From NCBI RefSeq assembly GCF_036321535.1, contig NC_087436.1:59894001-59958000 (forward strand): a stretch of DNA of 64,000 nt, given 5' to 3'. Shown one piece after another: positions 13,150 through 24,710 of this stretch. The stretch comes from Camelus dromedarius. Taxonomy: Eukaryota. A model generated the notes under the pieces. It was not told the DNA's origin and ran no database searches. It was given only the letters and a program-made list of their open reading frames with translations. The number at the start of each line of letters is the position of its first letter. Positions within the stretch are counted from its first letter, which is position 1. The position numbers and the translations under genes are program-made.

Positions 13150-13262
13150 GACAGTGTGGATTAGAGCAAAGGAGAGCAGCAGTGGGCCCTGACAGACTTG
13201 GGCTGGAATCCTGTCTTGCAACTTAGTAGCTAGGTGGCATCCAGTGGCTGGTAAAATCTCTT
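13150..13262 (+). mobile_element. MIR fragment
   Basis: gacagacttgggctggaatcctgtcttgcaacttagtagctagg. Confidence 0.55.
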
Positions 13263-13264
13263 AG

Positions 13265-13585
13265 AGCAGACCTTGCAAACTGGCAGCCCCTGAGCTAAAT
13301 TTGGTTTTGTTTTACCAAGAGAAAAAAAGTTAAAAGCATGATTCAGTTGCCAACATTAAATATATGAATATTCATATAAAAATCCACATACTCAGGTTCT
13401 TTTTAAAAACCTAAAATGTAATGCTTAGCTGCCTTGACTATGCAACAATCATGGTAGCTGAGTGGCAGCTGTCTGTTTATCACTAGAGAGTGTCCTCCCA
13501 TACCGGTGCCACTTCTTGTTGTTTCATAGCTATTTCCATGATTTATTTCACCTAACCAATTCTTTTACAATTTGAGTTACATGAA
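13265..13585 (+). mobile_element. MER102-like hAT-Charlie DNA transposon
   Basis: gcaaactggcagccc...agttgccaacattaaa...ttcatataaaaatcc...gcaacaatcatggtagctgagtggcagctg. Confidence 0.65.
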
Positions 13586-13652
13586 AGTTATCTATCTCTT
13601 AGACAAAGGTACTGGGAGTAAAACTTCAGCACCATTCCACGGAGTGGATACT

Positions 13653-13792
13653 TTCTATGGACTGAACTGTCCCCCCAAAATTGACGTTGAAGCCCTAACC
13701 TCCAGAGTAACGGTATTTGGCAATGGGGTCATCTAAATTAGATTTAGATGAGGTCATGGGGTAACGCCCTTATAAGAAGAGACACAAGACAG
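13653..13792 (+). mobile_element. MLT1A/B LTR 5' fragment
   Basis: ctatggactgaactgtccccccaaaattgacgttgaagccctaacctccag...gcccttataagaagagac. Confidence 0.7.
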
Positions 13793-14984
13793 CTTAGGTT
13801 AGGTTACATAAGTTAGATAGGTTAAGTAGGAAACAAATGAGTCTAAAAGTGAGGTGACATCACGGAATTTGTGAGGGACTAAAAGAAGAAAGCTCATTTT
13901 TGAAAGAGAGGAAACATTTTTTTCAATGATGTCTATAAATTTTATGTTAATTTTACTTAATCTATACTAAATGTGTCCATTACAAATTCAAGTTTAAATA
14001 CTAGTAATTAATGTTTTTATAGAGATCACTTGAGGATGTCTGATTCTTTTGATTGCAATCCAATCATGCTAAAGAAAGGAACACACTGCTACCGTCTGAA
14101 GCAACTACTCCAATTTGCTAGCATATTTCTTCCTGAAATAATCATTAGTCTCTAGAAGATAAACTTGTCAATTCAATTTTATCTCAGTGGCACACACACA
14201 CAAAAATGTTACAACCTTCTTAGATGCTTTTTTGTTACCTAAGAGCAAATGAATTGAATATTTCCATTGTTTTAGATAACACAATCAGACTTATGCTTGA
14301 AAATAAATATTTACAGAATAAAAAATCTCCAAATCAAATTATAGAAACTAAATATTTCTAAATGAAAACCCAACTTTTCCATACTTTTTCACACTTCATA
14401 ATGCTGTAATCACATATTAAGAATATGGTACGAAATATTCTTCAAGTGTCCACACTTGAGAATATGAGCAATACTGCCAAGTGACATCATGTTAACACTT
14501 TGCCACCTTGTGGAAGTCCTTGTTGAGAAACATCTTCAGAGTTGCTAGACTATTTTTCTGAGAAAGGGAATAACAAAAAAGTAAAATGCTGATGTACTAA
14601 GCAGTGTTAGTTTGCCACACATTCTGTTCTTCTTTGGTACTAACAGAATCTCTATTTTGTCTGAATTTTTACTTAGTGTCCAGACTAAGTAAGCTGCATA
14701 AAGAATCATGATGGCATTAACTGAGTTATGATAATCCTTTGCCCTGACTTTCTAGTGGGTTTATAGGTAAGGTCATATGATCTTACTCTTGGCAATAAAA
14801 CTGAGCGTACACCTGCATAGGGGTTTCTTGAAAACCCCGTGCCATCCTGATAAAGAGGATAAATGCATTTGGTATAGCTCTTTTGCGTTTCTTCATCCTC
14901 TTGCTTTGATTTTGGATATGATACTTGTTGCTGAGGCAGTTTGCTGCCAGTAAAACCAAACTGCTACACTTTTATTTTAAAATA

Positions 14985-15250
14985 ATAACTAACTCTTATA
15001 GAGATCTTAGTATATGTTAAACAGCAAACCCTGTGGTTTATTTGCATTTTATCTCCTGTAATCTCAATAACCCAAAAAGTAGACATACATATTATTTGTG
15101 CTTATATATAAGACTGAACACTGAAGCTCAGTAAGAAAAAGTTGACTTGCCCATGATCACAGAGCTAGTCAGTGGAAAAGCTGGGACTGGAACCCATGAT
15201 GTTTGACACCAACAACATGATCTTATGTATCATAATGTAACACTGCCTGT
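14985..15250 (-). mobile_element. MIR
   Basis: taatctcaataaccc...actgaagctcag...gacttgcccatgatcacagagctagtcagtggaaaagctgggactggaaccca. Confidence 0.7.
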
Positions 15251-15754
15251 ATTTACATAGAAAATGCCCACTACACAGAAAGTTGATAAAGTCACCAAAT
15301 CATCAATAAATTGTAGACTGTATTTCTGCTGACTTCTTTCTTTTGTAATTATTCATTGATGACAAGCATCTCCATTAAGGCTTATTAGTAAGTCTGAACA
15401 GATCTTCTCTAATCTGAGAAATCTACGATGATCATCATTTGCAGCCAATTTCCAGAATACTTCCCAGTATCAAGGCCTTATAAGCAGCCTTTACTTGGGG
15501 ACCAGGATGGCCTCTATTTTAAGTGCAGTACTGAAAGAACTGCAGGACCTCACATGACCTTGTGTATCTCTTTTAGGGGCTGCCCCATTGAAATGCATTG
15601 GTAATAGGACTTGAAATTTTCTCTTCAGTTAAGGCAACAAAGACAGGGCATATTTATCAGAAAGCAGGAAAAAGCATAGACTGCTGAAGAAGCAAAGAAG
15701 TGGCCGTAGCTACTCTACCGGCTATTTTCCATTTGCCTCTCCAAGTCCATCCCA

Positions 15755-16110
15755 CGTTCCATAACCTGTTCTCTGCCCGGTAGATTCCCCGGTAAGACCA
15801 CATATGCAGGCGCCTTTGCCCTCTGACTTCCTGTCAGGTTTAGCCAATGGGAACCCCCAGTGGAGATCATGAGGAAACAAAAGGACAAATTTATACTCCC
15901 CTCTTTTCCCCATGCATTGCCTCCAACTGGATGCATCTAGCTCACTAAGATCAACATTTATCTCAAATTCACTTTCTGTACGAGACTTCCTTCCTAATGA
16001 AGGTCATTTTTCATTGTCTTTTTAGACCTAATAAAGGTAACAGCCCTAATATGGGTATAAACCTTGTGATTTCCCTACATTTTAGCCATACCTTTGCAAA
16101 CAGTCTCTAT
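15755..16110 (-). mobile_element. LTR33-like ERVL LTR remnant
   Basis: ctttgccctctgacttcctgtcaggtttagccaatgggaacccccagtggagatc. Confidence 0.45.
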
Positions 16111-16438
16111 TCAGCCCTCAAATGCAGAATGGTCGACCAATTTCTCACTTTCTAAGTAAAACTGTATTACAGATTCATACTGAAATACAATTGGTTCTAA
16201 TTATTGCTACACTGAGTGCCAGGATAGTCTATTTTCATATTTTTCTCTACCACAGATCCTTATGTTCTATTCATGTTTAAACGTTTCACACATAGCCAGA
16301 AACTTAACATGTAATAGGCGTTACACAAATCTCTCTCTCATGACTATAGCTTTGTTTTCCCTACCCTGAATGCAGTCTTCTATTTTCTCTTCTGACTAGT
16401 TCATTGAAATTTGTAAATCAATATACATTTATACATGC

Positions 16439-16477
16439 ATATATATATATATATATATACACAGATATAGATATATA
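16439..16477. repeat. (AT)n microsatellite
   Basis: visible AT run. Confidence 0.85.
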
Positions 16478-19400
16478 ATTTTTCCACTTGATATACCTAG
16501 TTTTTTTAAAGTATTATCTCCTTTTTATAAGATGACTTTTACAATCATATTTATTGTTCTTATTCTTCTATGTGTGTATTTAGTAAATACTTTATTCTTT
16601 ATATGTGAGCCAAGAAAGTTGTGTGAAAATATAAACTGCCATCTACTTTCTATTTTTTCTTAAAAAGTTAAGTCTTTCTATCACTTATTTTAATTAGCTT
16701 ATTTGTAGAAATTTTCACAGTATGGGTTTTTATCTACTTTCATATGAGTAGTTCAAAATGTAGCAAAATACTTTTTTTTTTTTGCCTCCCTAAGAATGAT
16801 TTAGTATCCTGGCATATTAGATGCTGTTTTTTTGTTTTATTTCTTCTGTTTATATTTACTTAAACATGTACTATTAAAAAGAACTTGAGTTCTGGCTGCT
16901 TTATACATTATAAATGCCAACTGGTAAAACATTAGTAAATAAATTTGGATGTTTAAATTTTATTATAATGTAAAATAATTTGCTCTCTTGAGTAAAATGC
17001 TGTGTAAACTATGATCTCTGATATGAAGTCTTTCTGATACATGATATCCATGACCTTGAAAATAAATCATTTCCTTTTTATTCATCTGTATTGATATACT
17101 TTTAAAACATGTCTTGTTAAACCAGTGATTTATTATTATCGGCTGAAGTGTAAATAGGACACTAATCACTAAATTTGATGAGCACTAATTTCTTTAGACA
17201 ACAGTATTTAGTATTTAGCAATAACAAAGACACATCATTTGCACATATTTTTTCTAAGTATATCCCTTATTTTTTCCTTACATTCAAATCATTCTGACAT
17301 TTACAAAGGTGAAATTAAAATTGAAGAGTTATTTGAGACTAGGAAGAGTACAATCTCATATCAAGCACATTCTCATGGGATGTTAATCATAAGTGCAAAA
17401 ATTGCTGGTCAAAATAAGGAGCTTTAAATATTCATCAGCAGACAATGAGGATAGTGGATCCCTGCTTATTATATTTAAACAGTCTAGAAATATTAAATAC
17501 AAACAAAAGTAATAAATTTTAATAGAAGATAAACAGAAGGCATTAGCTGCAAAAACACATTTGAATAATTTTATATGAATATAATGTATGCTTACCTATT
17601 TTTGACGCCTCTACTACTGTATTATCTAAAATGAAAACTGTCAGGGTAAGTCTTGGTAGGTCCATATCTGTACCACATAAATACTACTCTGTGATGTTTT
17701 AAACACTGCTTTATATATTATTTCACTTTTGTGAAAATGAAGAACTCGAAAGGCAGAAAAAAAACTAGATGCTTTTGGTTAGCATGTTTTTGAGCAAAAA
17801 ATACATTTCAGCAAACTTCCTACTGGGAAAACAGTAATTACTTAAGTTGGCAGCACACATCTGGCATAATAAAGAAGGGAATATAAAAGTCCTTGATGTA
17901 ACCAAAGTGTTTATCAGTTTTTAGAACACTCCTGTTATTGCCAGATTCAAGAAAATATTTAATTAAGAACTGGCTCTCTTCTCATATTCACCAACTCTAA
18001 GGAGCTGTCCTCTTTACCCTCGTGGGTGCTAAAGAGATCAGTAACATAAACGGCATCATATTCTACTCCCCAAATATCTCCATTAGTAACTAGATATGAT
18101 GATAAGTCAAATCCTTTAGCTTTGGGCTAAGAAAAGTAAAATCTGTGTTCAATTACAAAAATGCAAGTTCTCCCAAACACTGGCATGCTTTCAAGAACTT
18201 TCATTTGGACATTTTCCATTATACTTTGGCTCCTGTCCTTTTGGGAGTGCTTTTATCTGGCTAGTACATTGCAACACAAAAAACAATATAACCTCATGTG
18301 TGAGTTGTCCTCCACATACAAAACCAGAGGAACAGTATAGGTCTCTAGATGTGCCCACATATAATTGATATGCCCCAAGTATAACAGTATTTTAAAATTC
18401 ATTCAATATTTTTATTATTTAAGGGTGAATGGAATCTTTATTGAAAATTAATCAATTTTTATTATTTAACAAATTCAAATAGGGCATACATGGAAAAAAC
18501 TGAAATTGCCCCAGAACACTCCACCTGTGTTCTCAAGGAAGGGATAACTGTTAACCATTTGACATCTACGCTTCCAAGCTTACAAGTTTACTTTTAATTT
18601 CACAAGATATCATGGAAATCTTTCTATGATAGTAAATATAAATCTTCCTTATTTGTTTTAATGGAAGCACATTATCACACATTTTGGGTGTAGCATGATT
18701 TATTTAAATTTATTATTTATTTATTATTAATATTTATTTTCTCCAGTTTTCTGTTTTTATCTATATCAAAATGCTGTATTGAATATTATGACATATAGAA
18801 GAGAAGAAACACAAAATTTAGTAATAATACATAGTTCACATAGAGCACTTTGGTTTTAACATGTCTTAAATGATCATATTTTACTTGATGAGTTGGTGTG
18901 TGGACACACCTTTGAGGCAGTAATTTTCTTATCTTTTACAGTTGAGAAAATGCACTTTAGAGAGTTTAAGTGCATTAAGTAGTAGCTAAATTCCTATCTG
19001 GGTATCCAACTCTTTGCATATACAAATACAGTAACTTTCTCTTGATCAGATATTCTATTAACAAATGTGCAAAGTAAGCATCAAGTAAAGATTTCTAAAT
19101 AAGTGAAATAGGATTATTTTTCAATCTTTTCAAATGAATGAGTTAACTATTTCCCAAATTTGTAATTACTTTGGTCTTTCTTCCCTAGTAAATGTTACTG
19201 AGCACTTATGAGCCCTGATGGATGATTAGCAAGACTCAGGACCTGTCACCTCACGGTGCTTTGTTAATAGTTCTAATGCATTATAGCCATAGTATATATT
19301 TAATTATTTAAAATGAGCACCAGAAAACATATCTAATAGTAATTCTAATCAACTTCGTTTGCATTTATACTTTTATTTTTAAAGCTATTATTTATTAGTT

Positions 19401-19914
19401 TCTTTTCATTTTATAAATGTTTGAAATTCACAAATATTTTGTGATTAGAAACACAATTCAATTAACATTTTAAATAAGAAAGTTTATCACACAAACAGTA
19501 CAGTATTTGATTAAAACTATATTTTTTTAAAAAGTGCTAATTTAGGGACCACTCACATATTGTGGAGAGTTAACACTCTGATTCAGAGATTATACTTCAA
19601 GCGAAATACAAAAAGAGCTCAGGTCAATTATCTTAATATTAAAAATAAAGGAATAATCTCATCGTATACTTTGATATTATCATTAAATCAGAGGTATAAA
19701 AAATTCCTACATGTCTAGCATGCAAAGAGCTATAAAGAAGCTAATCATATAGTATGGTTTAAAGCACATTCCTTGCTACAAATTGTTTAAAATTGTTATT
19801 CAAATTAATATCCTATTTTTACACTTAATATTTTATACTTCAACTTTATGGAATATTTGTTTAGAATACAGGTCTACTATTTGCTATATTAGTTAACTAT
19901 AATAAGCTAATATA

Positions 19915-20530
19915 TCAATTAATTCATTTAACATTAAGCCACTAACATATACCTGCAGCGTGTTTAGATGTTGAGTATGTAAGAGTAAATAGGAGAGACA
20001 TAATCTCTATTCTTATAATGCTTAGAGTCCAGTGAAGATGAGATGCAAGGAAATAGGCAATTTACATATTAGAAAGTGGTCAATGAAAAAAAAAAGTACA
20101 AGATACTTTGAATATAGAGGTCGGGGTACCTAATAAATTTGGGGAATATTCATAAGGCTCTCCAAAGGAAGTAAAGTCTAAAGGATGCACGGGAGACTTA
20201 TTGAGAAATAAAAAGTGCTTAGGTACCAAGTAAAAGGTGGGAGGAGAGAGGCTGCATAGAAAAAAAGTACTGTGGCTAAAACAAAAGTGAGTTTTTAGCT
20301 TGGATGCAAGGACAAAAGTCATTTTCAAAGAACAAACAGAAGTTCAGTGAAGCTGGAGTACAAAATAGAAAGTGAAAAAGGACGCTTGAATGGAAAACAG
20401 GAACCAAATCTTCCTGGTTCTTACCAAACACAGACACGTTAAGAGATTTGGACTATACACTAAGAGCAAAGGGGAGATAAATGGGGAGCATTCTATCATC
20501 ACACATCTTTGTCTAAAACTTCACTTCTGG
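19915..20530 (-). mobile_element. L2 3' region
   Basis: attcatttaacattaagccactaac...agttcagtgaagctggag...taagagatttggactatacactaagagcaaagggg. Confidence 0.65.
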
Positions 20531-20997
20531 AATTAAAAAAATATAGCAGGTGATTAAAATTCTAGGATACTAAATAAATATATATTTAAGTATTTATATA
20601 TTAAATAACTACTATATGTTGAATTTTAATTATGGTATAAATTTTACTTCGTCAGTATTAAAATAATGTAAAATGTGTTGAAAGACTACATACATTTCTT
20701 AGAAGTACAATTCTAGGTAGAATATAGGAAAGAGAGACGGTCTGACTTCTGACGAAGATGATCAGGAAAAAAATATTTCATGTGTTGATAAAACAGACTC
20801 AAGAGTAAAAATATCCAGAATGATGATAACAGATTACATTTCATATTTGGAGACCCTCACCTAAATATTAGGCAATAAATAGCATTATTAAAATAGCCAA
20901 ATGTAAAACCAGCAAATCCTTATGCCCAAAGAGATTTTTAAGTACATACATTCTCCCTTCTTTTTATTTCATAATTTTTATCTCCTTTTTTCCTCAG

Positions 20998-21313
20998 TGT
21001 GATGGTTAATTTTATGTGTCAACTTGGCTAGGCTATGGTGCCCAGTTTGATCCAATAAGAGTCTAGATGTTACTGTGAAGGTATTCTGCAGATGTGATTA
21101 ATAATTCCAATTAGTAGACTTTAAGTAGATTTCTTTTGATAATTGGTGTGGGTCCCATTCTTAAGAGCAAAAACTGAGGTTTCCCAGTGAAAAAGGAATT
21201 CTGCCTCAAGACTATGACATAGAAATCCTGCTTGAGTTTTCAGTCTCCCAGCCTGCACTATAGATTTTGGATTTGCCAGCCCCCAATATTGTGTAAGCCA
21301 AATCCTCAGTCTG

Positions 21314-21362
<49 letters not shown>

Positions 21363-21443
21363 CCTTCCTACCTACCTACCTACCTACCTATCTTTCTATA
21401 TTTCCTATTGGTTCTCTTTCTCTGGAAAACCCTGACTAGTACA
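20998..21443 (+). mobile_element. MLT2 (MLT2D/B-like) ERVL solo LTR with internal (TCTG)n(TCTA)n(CCTA)n
   Basis: TGtgatggttaattttatgtgtcaacttggctaggctatggtgcccag ... tcctattggttctctttctctggaaaaccctgactagtaCA. Confidence 0.8.
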
Positions 21444-21450
21444 GATACAC

Positions 21451-21900
21451 TGTTACGGGTTGATTTGCATTGTCCCAAAGGATATGTTGATGTCCTAACC
21501 CCTAGAATATCAGAAAGTGACCTAACTGAGAAATAACAGCCGTTGCAAATATACACTTAGTCAAGATGAGGTCATATTAGAGTGGGCCCCTAATCCAATA
21601 CAACTGGTGTCTTTATAAGAAGATGACCATGTGAAGGCACAGAGACACAAGGAAATTGCCATGTGAAGACAGTGGCAGAGGCTGGAATGGTGAATCTAGC
21701 TATCACCGGAAGTAAAGAGAAGCATGAAACAGATTCTCCCTCAGAGCCCTCAGAAGGAACCAACTCTGCTGACATCTTTTTTTTTTTTTTTTTTTTTTTT
21801 TGGACTTGCAGTCTCCAGAACTGTGCAAGAATAAAGTTCTGTTGTTTCAAGTCACCCACTTTGTAGAACTTTGGTATAGCAGCTCTAGGAAACTAAGACA
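21451..21900 (+). mobile_element. MLT1B/C-like MaLR solo LTR
   Basis: TGttacgggttg...ccctaatccaatacaactggtgtctttataagaag...acagattctccctcagagccctcagaaggaacc...ggaaactaagaCA. Confidence 0.8.
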
Positions 21901-23119
21901 CTGAGGAATTCCCAGCTGGCTTAAAAAAAGAAAAGACAACCTCTGCAATACTAAAATGTCAGCTTACTCTTGGTTGCCTTTTTCTTAATTCTCAAGGGTA
22001 TATATGTACTCTATGAATGCTTTTGAAGTCCTGTACTTAACTAACCCTTTCCCCAAAGGTACAAAACATATTAAAGAATATGTTTTAAAAATCTACAGAC
22101 AAACCAGCTAATCATAGGTGTTTTATATAACAATATTCAGATACTATTTGCAACCAGAAAGATGTTAGCAATCATTATGAAGTGGCTTTCGACTATGACA
22201 ACAGCCACCACCCCGCAAGCCCTAAACCCTTTATGTTGAGATACCAAGTGAATTTACTTCTTTTTAAGTGTTTGGATGTTAGTTTTCTCTCTCCCCCTTG
22301 CTTTTCATTTTGATATAGATACATTGAAGAATAACTGCTCTTTTATGTCAACTGCAATGTCATCCTTTTCTATTTCAGTTCCTTTCACAAAACTTTTTTT
22401 TGTCTGAATAATTGAGTTTTATAGATTAATTTGTGGTAGCTTAAAGGAATTGGAAGATGAAATTTTGAAAAAAATGTAAATGAATGAAAAGTTCATTTGC
22501 ATAAAAGTTTCTTGGAAGTATCTGGATAAATAAATCAGAATATTACAGAACCTCAAAAAAAAAGGAAATAATAGGATTAGTAACTAAATAAAAAATTAAA
22601 TTTTATGAAGGATCAAATAACTTTGCAAGTTATTATTTCCCTCTTAAGAAATTCTCACCTTCAGTAAATAACTACTTTAAAGGTAAAGATTACTTAACTT
22701 TGAGTATGCTATATAGTCATATATATATACACGTGTGTGTGTGCATTTAGCACACACTAGGCAAAAGGAAGACACATTAAGTATCTCTTCCTTATAAATA
22801 CCCCTTCCTTTCCTCAATTCCTCACTGGCTACTCATCCCCAGATATCCAAACCATACTTTCCAAATTCCAAAATGTGAGAATAATTAAGCACTCAAAAAA
22901 AGAGAAATCTAAATCCTTACAAAGAAATCTAATAAGATAGTTTGGATAACGATGCAGTAAACTTATTTTTGTTGGTGTCACCACTCCTCTTAGTGACGTA
23001 GCTTTGAAATTCTGGAGACAGCTTTTCATCCTCCCTCTCCCCTGTGTCCAGTAGTTCCCCAAACTTATTGAATCTTCTTGTACAAATCTTCCTCATATTA
23101 TTTTTCCTTTATTTAAATT

Positions 23120-23705
23120 CAGGTAATTTTACCTTTCACTAGTCTCAACAGTCTCCTTAACACCAGTCTCTTCCTTTTCAATCCATTGCACACACATATA
23201 AAACATCATCCTGAAATACCACCCCCACCCCTAATCCTTAGCAGCATTTCCTTATCTCTTCAATGAGGATAATAATCTTCATTTAGCATTCAAAGGGGCC
23301 TTTTAGCTGAAGTCCCTCTCTCACTTTTCTTTTCAACTGTATTGCTACTTACTTGTCCTGTGCAGTATCCAAAGTCGTTCTACGTCCAATATGGGGTTCT
23401 CCATGCTTACCCTACACTTCCCCACCATCTACCAATGCCTTCTCCCTAAGCTCAGTGTATCAAGTTCTAACTATGTTTCATAGTCTAACTCAAATTTCAA
23501 AAGTATCATGAATGCTTTTCTGAAATACACCATTTTCATGCCTGCCCCAAGCTGAAAGTGATCTCCTTGTATCTTGACTTCTTTTACGGCACTTATTTAT
23601 GTTTTATTATGATTATTTCTGTATGTGACAATTCTCTTAATTGACAAAGTTTATGGAATGAGAAGTTTCATTGTATATCCCTCTGTATTGTAGACATTTA
23701 GGAAA
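23120..23705 (+). mobile_element. L2 remnant
   Basis: agtctcttccttttcaatccattgcacac...cttcatttagcattcaaagg; pyrimidine-rich L2 3' character. Confidence 0.5.
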
Positions 23706-24229
23706 CACTTAGAGAATGATATATTAAGATGCAGGTAATTGGTGAGTATATACCACGTCTTGCTATATCATTGGCCAGCTAATATTTATTGAATAAAGCA
23801 TTACAGGAATGAATGCAGTGAAGACAACACCAGCGTGTGATCCATGAACAATGCCCACATTTTTATAGGTGTGCAACGCATACTATATATCTTATAATGG
23901 ATGTCGACAGGGGTCATGCTTCATAAAGTGTGTTGCAAGGGCTGCTGGAATTGGATTCAGAGTTTCTCTCTATTTGGCAAACAAACTGTTGTTTCCTAGA
24001 TTAGACCAATTCAATCTTGATTCAGAATTCAAGAACAAGGCTCAGAAATCTGCATAGTAAAGATTCTTGCTCACTCTCCTTCCCCGATGACCTTTTTTGC
24101 ATATTGAAGTTTGAAAACACCCCAGGATGAGCATTTACTGAGGAAGAAAATACAAGGACATACCTTTAAATAATGTCAATCACATAACTTTTTTCTTAAT
24201 CTATTCCATTTATCATGACACCAATACGA

Positions 24230-24710
24230 AGGGGAGTTTCCTAGTTCCCACTGTCCATGACAGCGTAAGTCACGTTAGGTTGTTACCCTAAAATCCAAGG
24301 ACCTAAAATCTCAGAACTTCAGGGAACCTTTCATGATATTTGGCTTTCCTGTATGCTAGCCCGTCTCAGAGTCATCCGTCCCAGGTCCTCTTACCAGGGG
24401 CCAAGCTCCTCTTTCTTTCTGTCCTTTGAAATTGTTGGTGAAAATAACAGCTCTGTGTGCTTGTACCAGGTGAGAGGCTTGTGTGTCTGCATTATTATCT
24501 CACAGAATCACCTGTGACAGAGAGGTGGGAACTAAAAGGTGAAATTTGGGGCTGGAGAATGAGTGGTGCACTGGTAAGGGACACTTTAAAGGGCTGACTG
24601 GGAGAGGCTGTTGTACCTGAGCTTGCGGTGGGGAGTAAGACTGCTGAGAGTCCAACCCACCTTACTTTTCCTTTAGCTGCTTGAGTCACGTGCTCTACCA
24701 GGGATTGTCC
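24230..24710. promoter_or_regulatory. candidate promoter/enhancer (locally GC-richer unique DNA)
   Basis: overlapping TGAGTCA (24682-24688) and GTCACGTG E-box (24685-24692); several CpGs; donor-like CAG|GTGAGA at 24469/24470. Confidence 0.3.

Noticed and set aside
13793..13830. TTAGG-like repeats as interstitial telomere
   Set aside because: Only two or three degenerate units, and not TTAGGG.
24678..24688. NRF2 antioxidant response element
   Set aside because: The minus strand reads TGACTCAAGCA, one base off the TGACnnnGC spacing.
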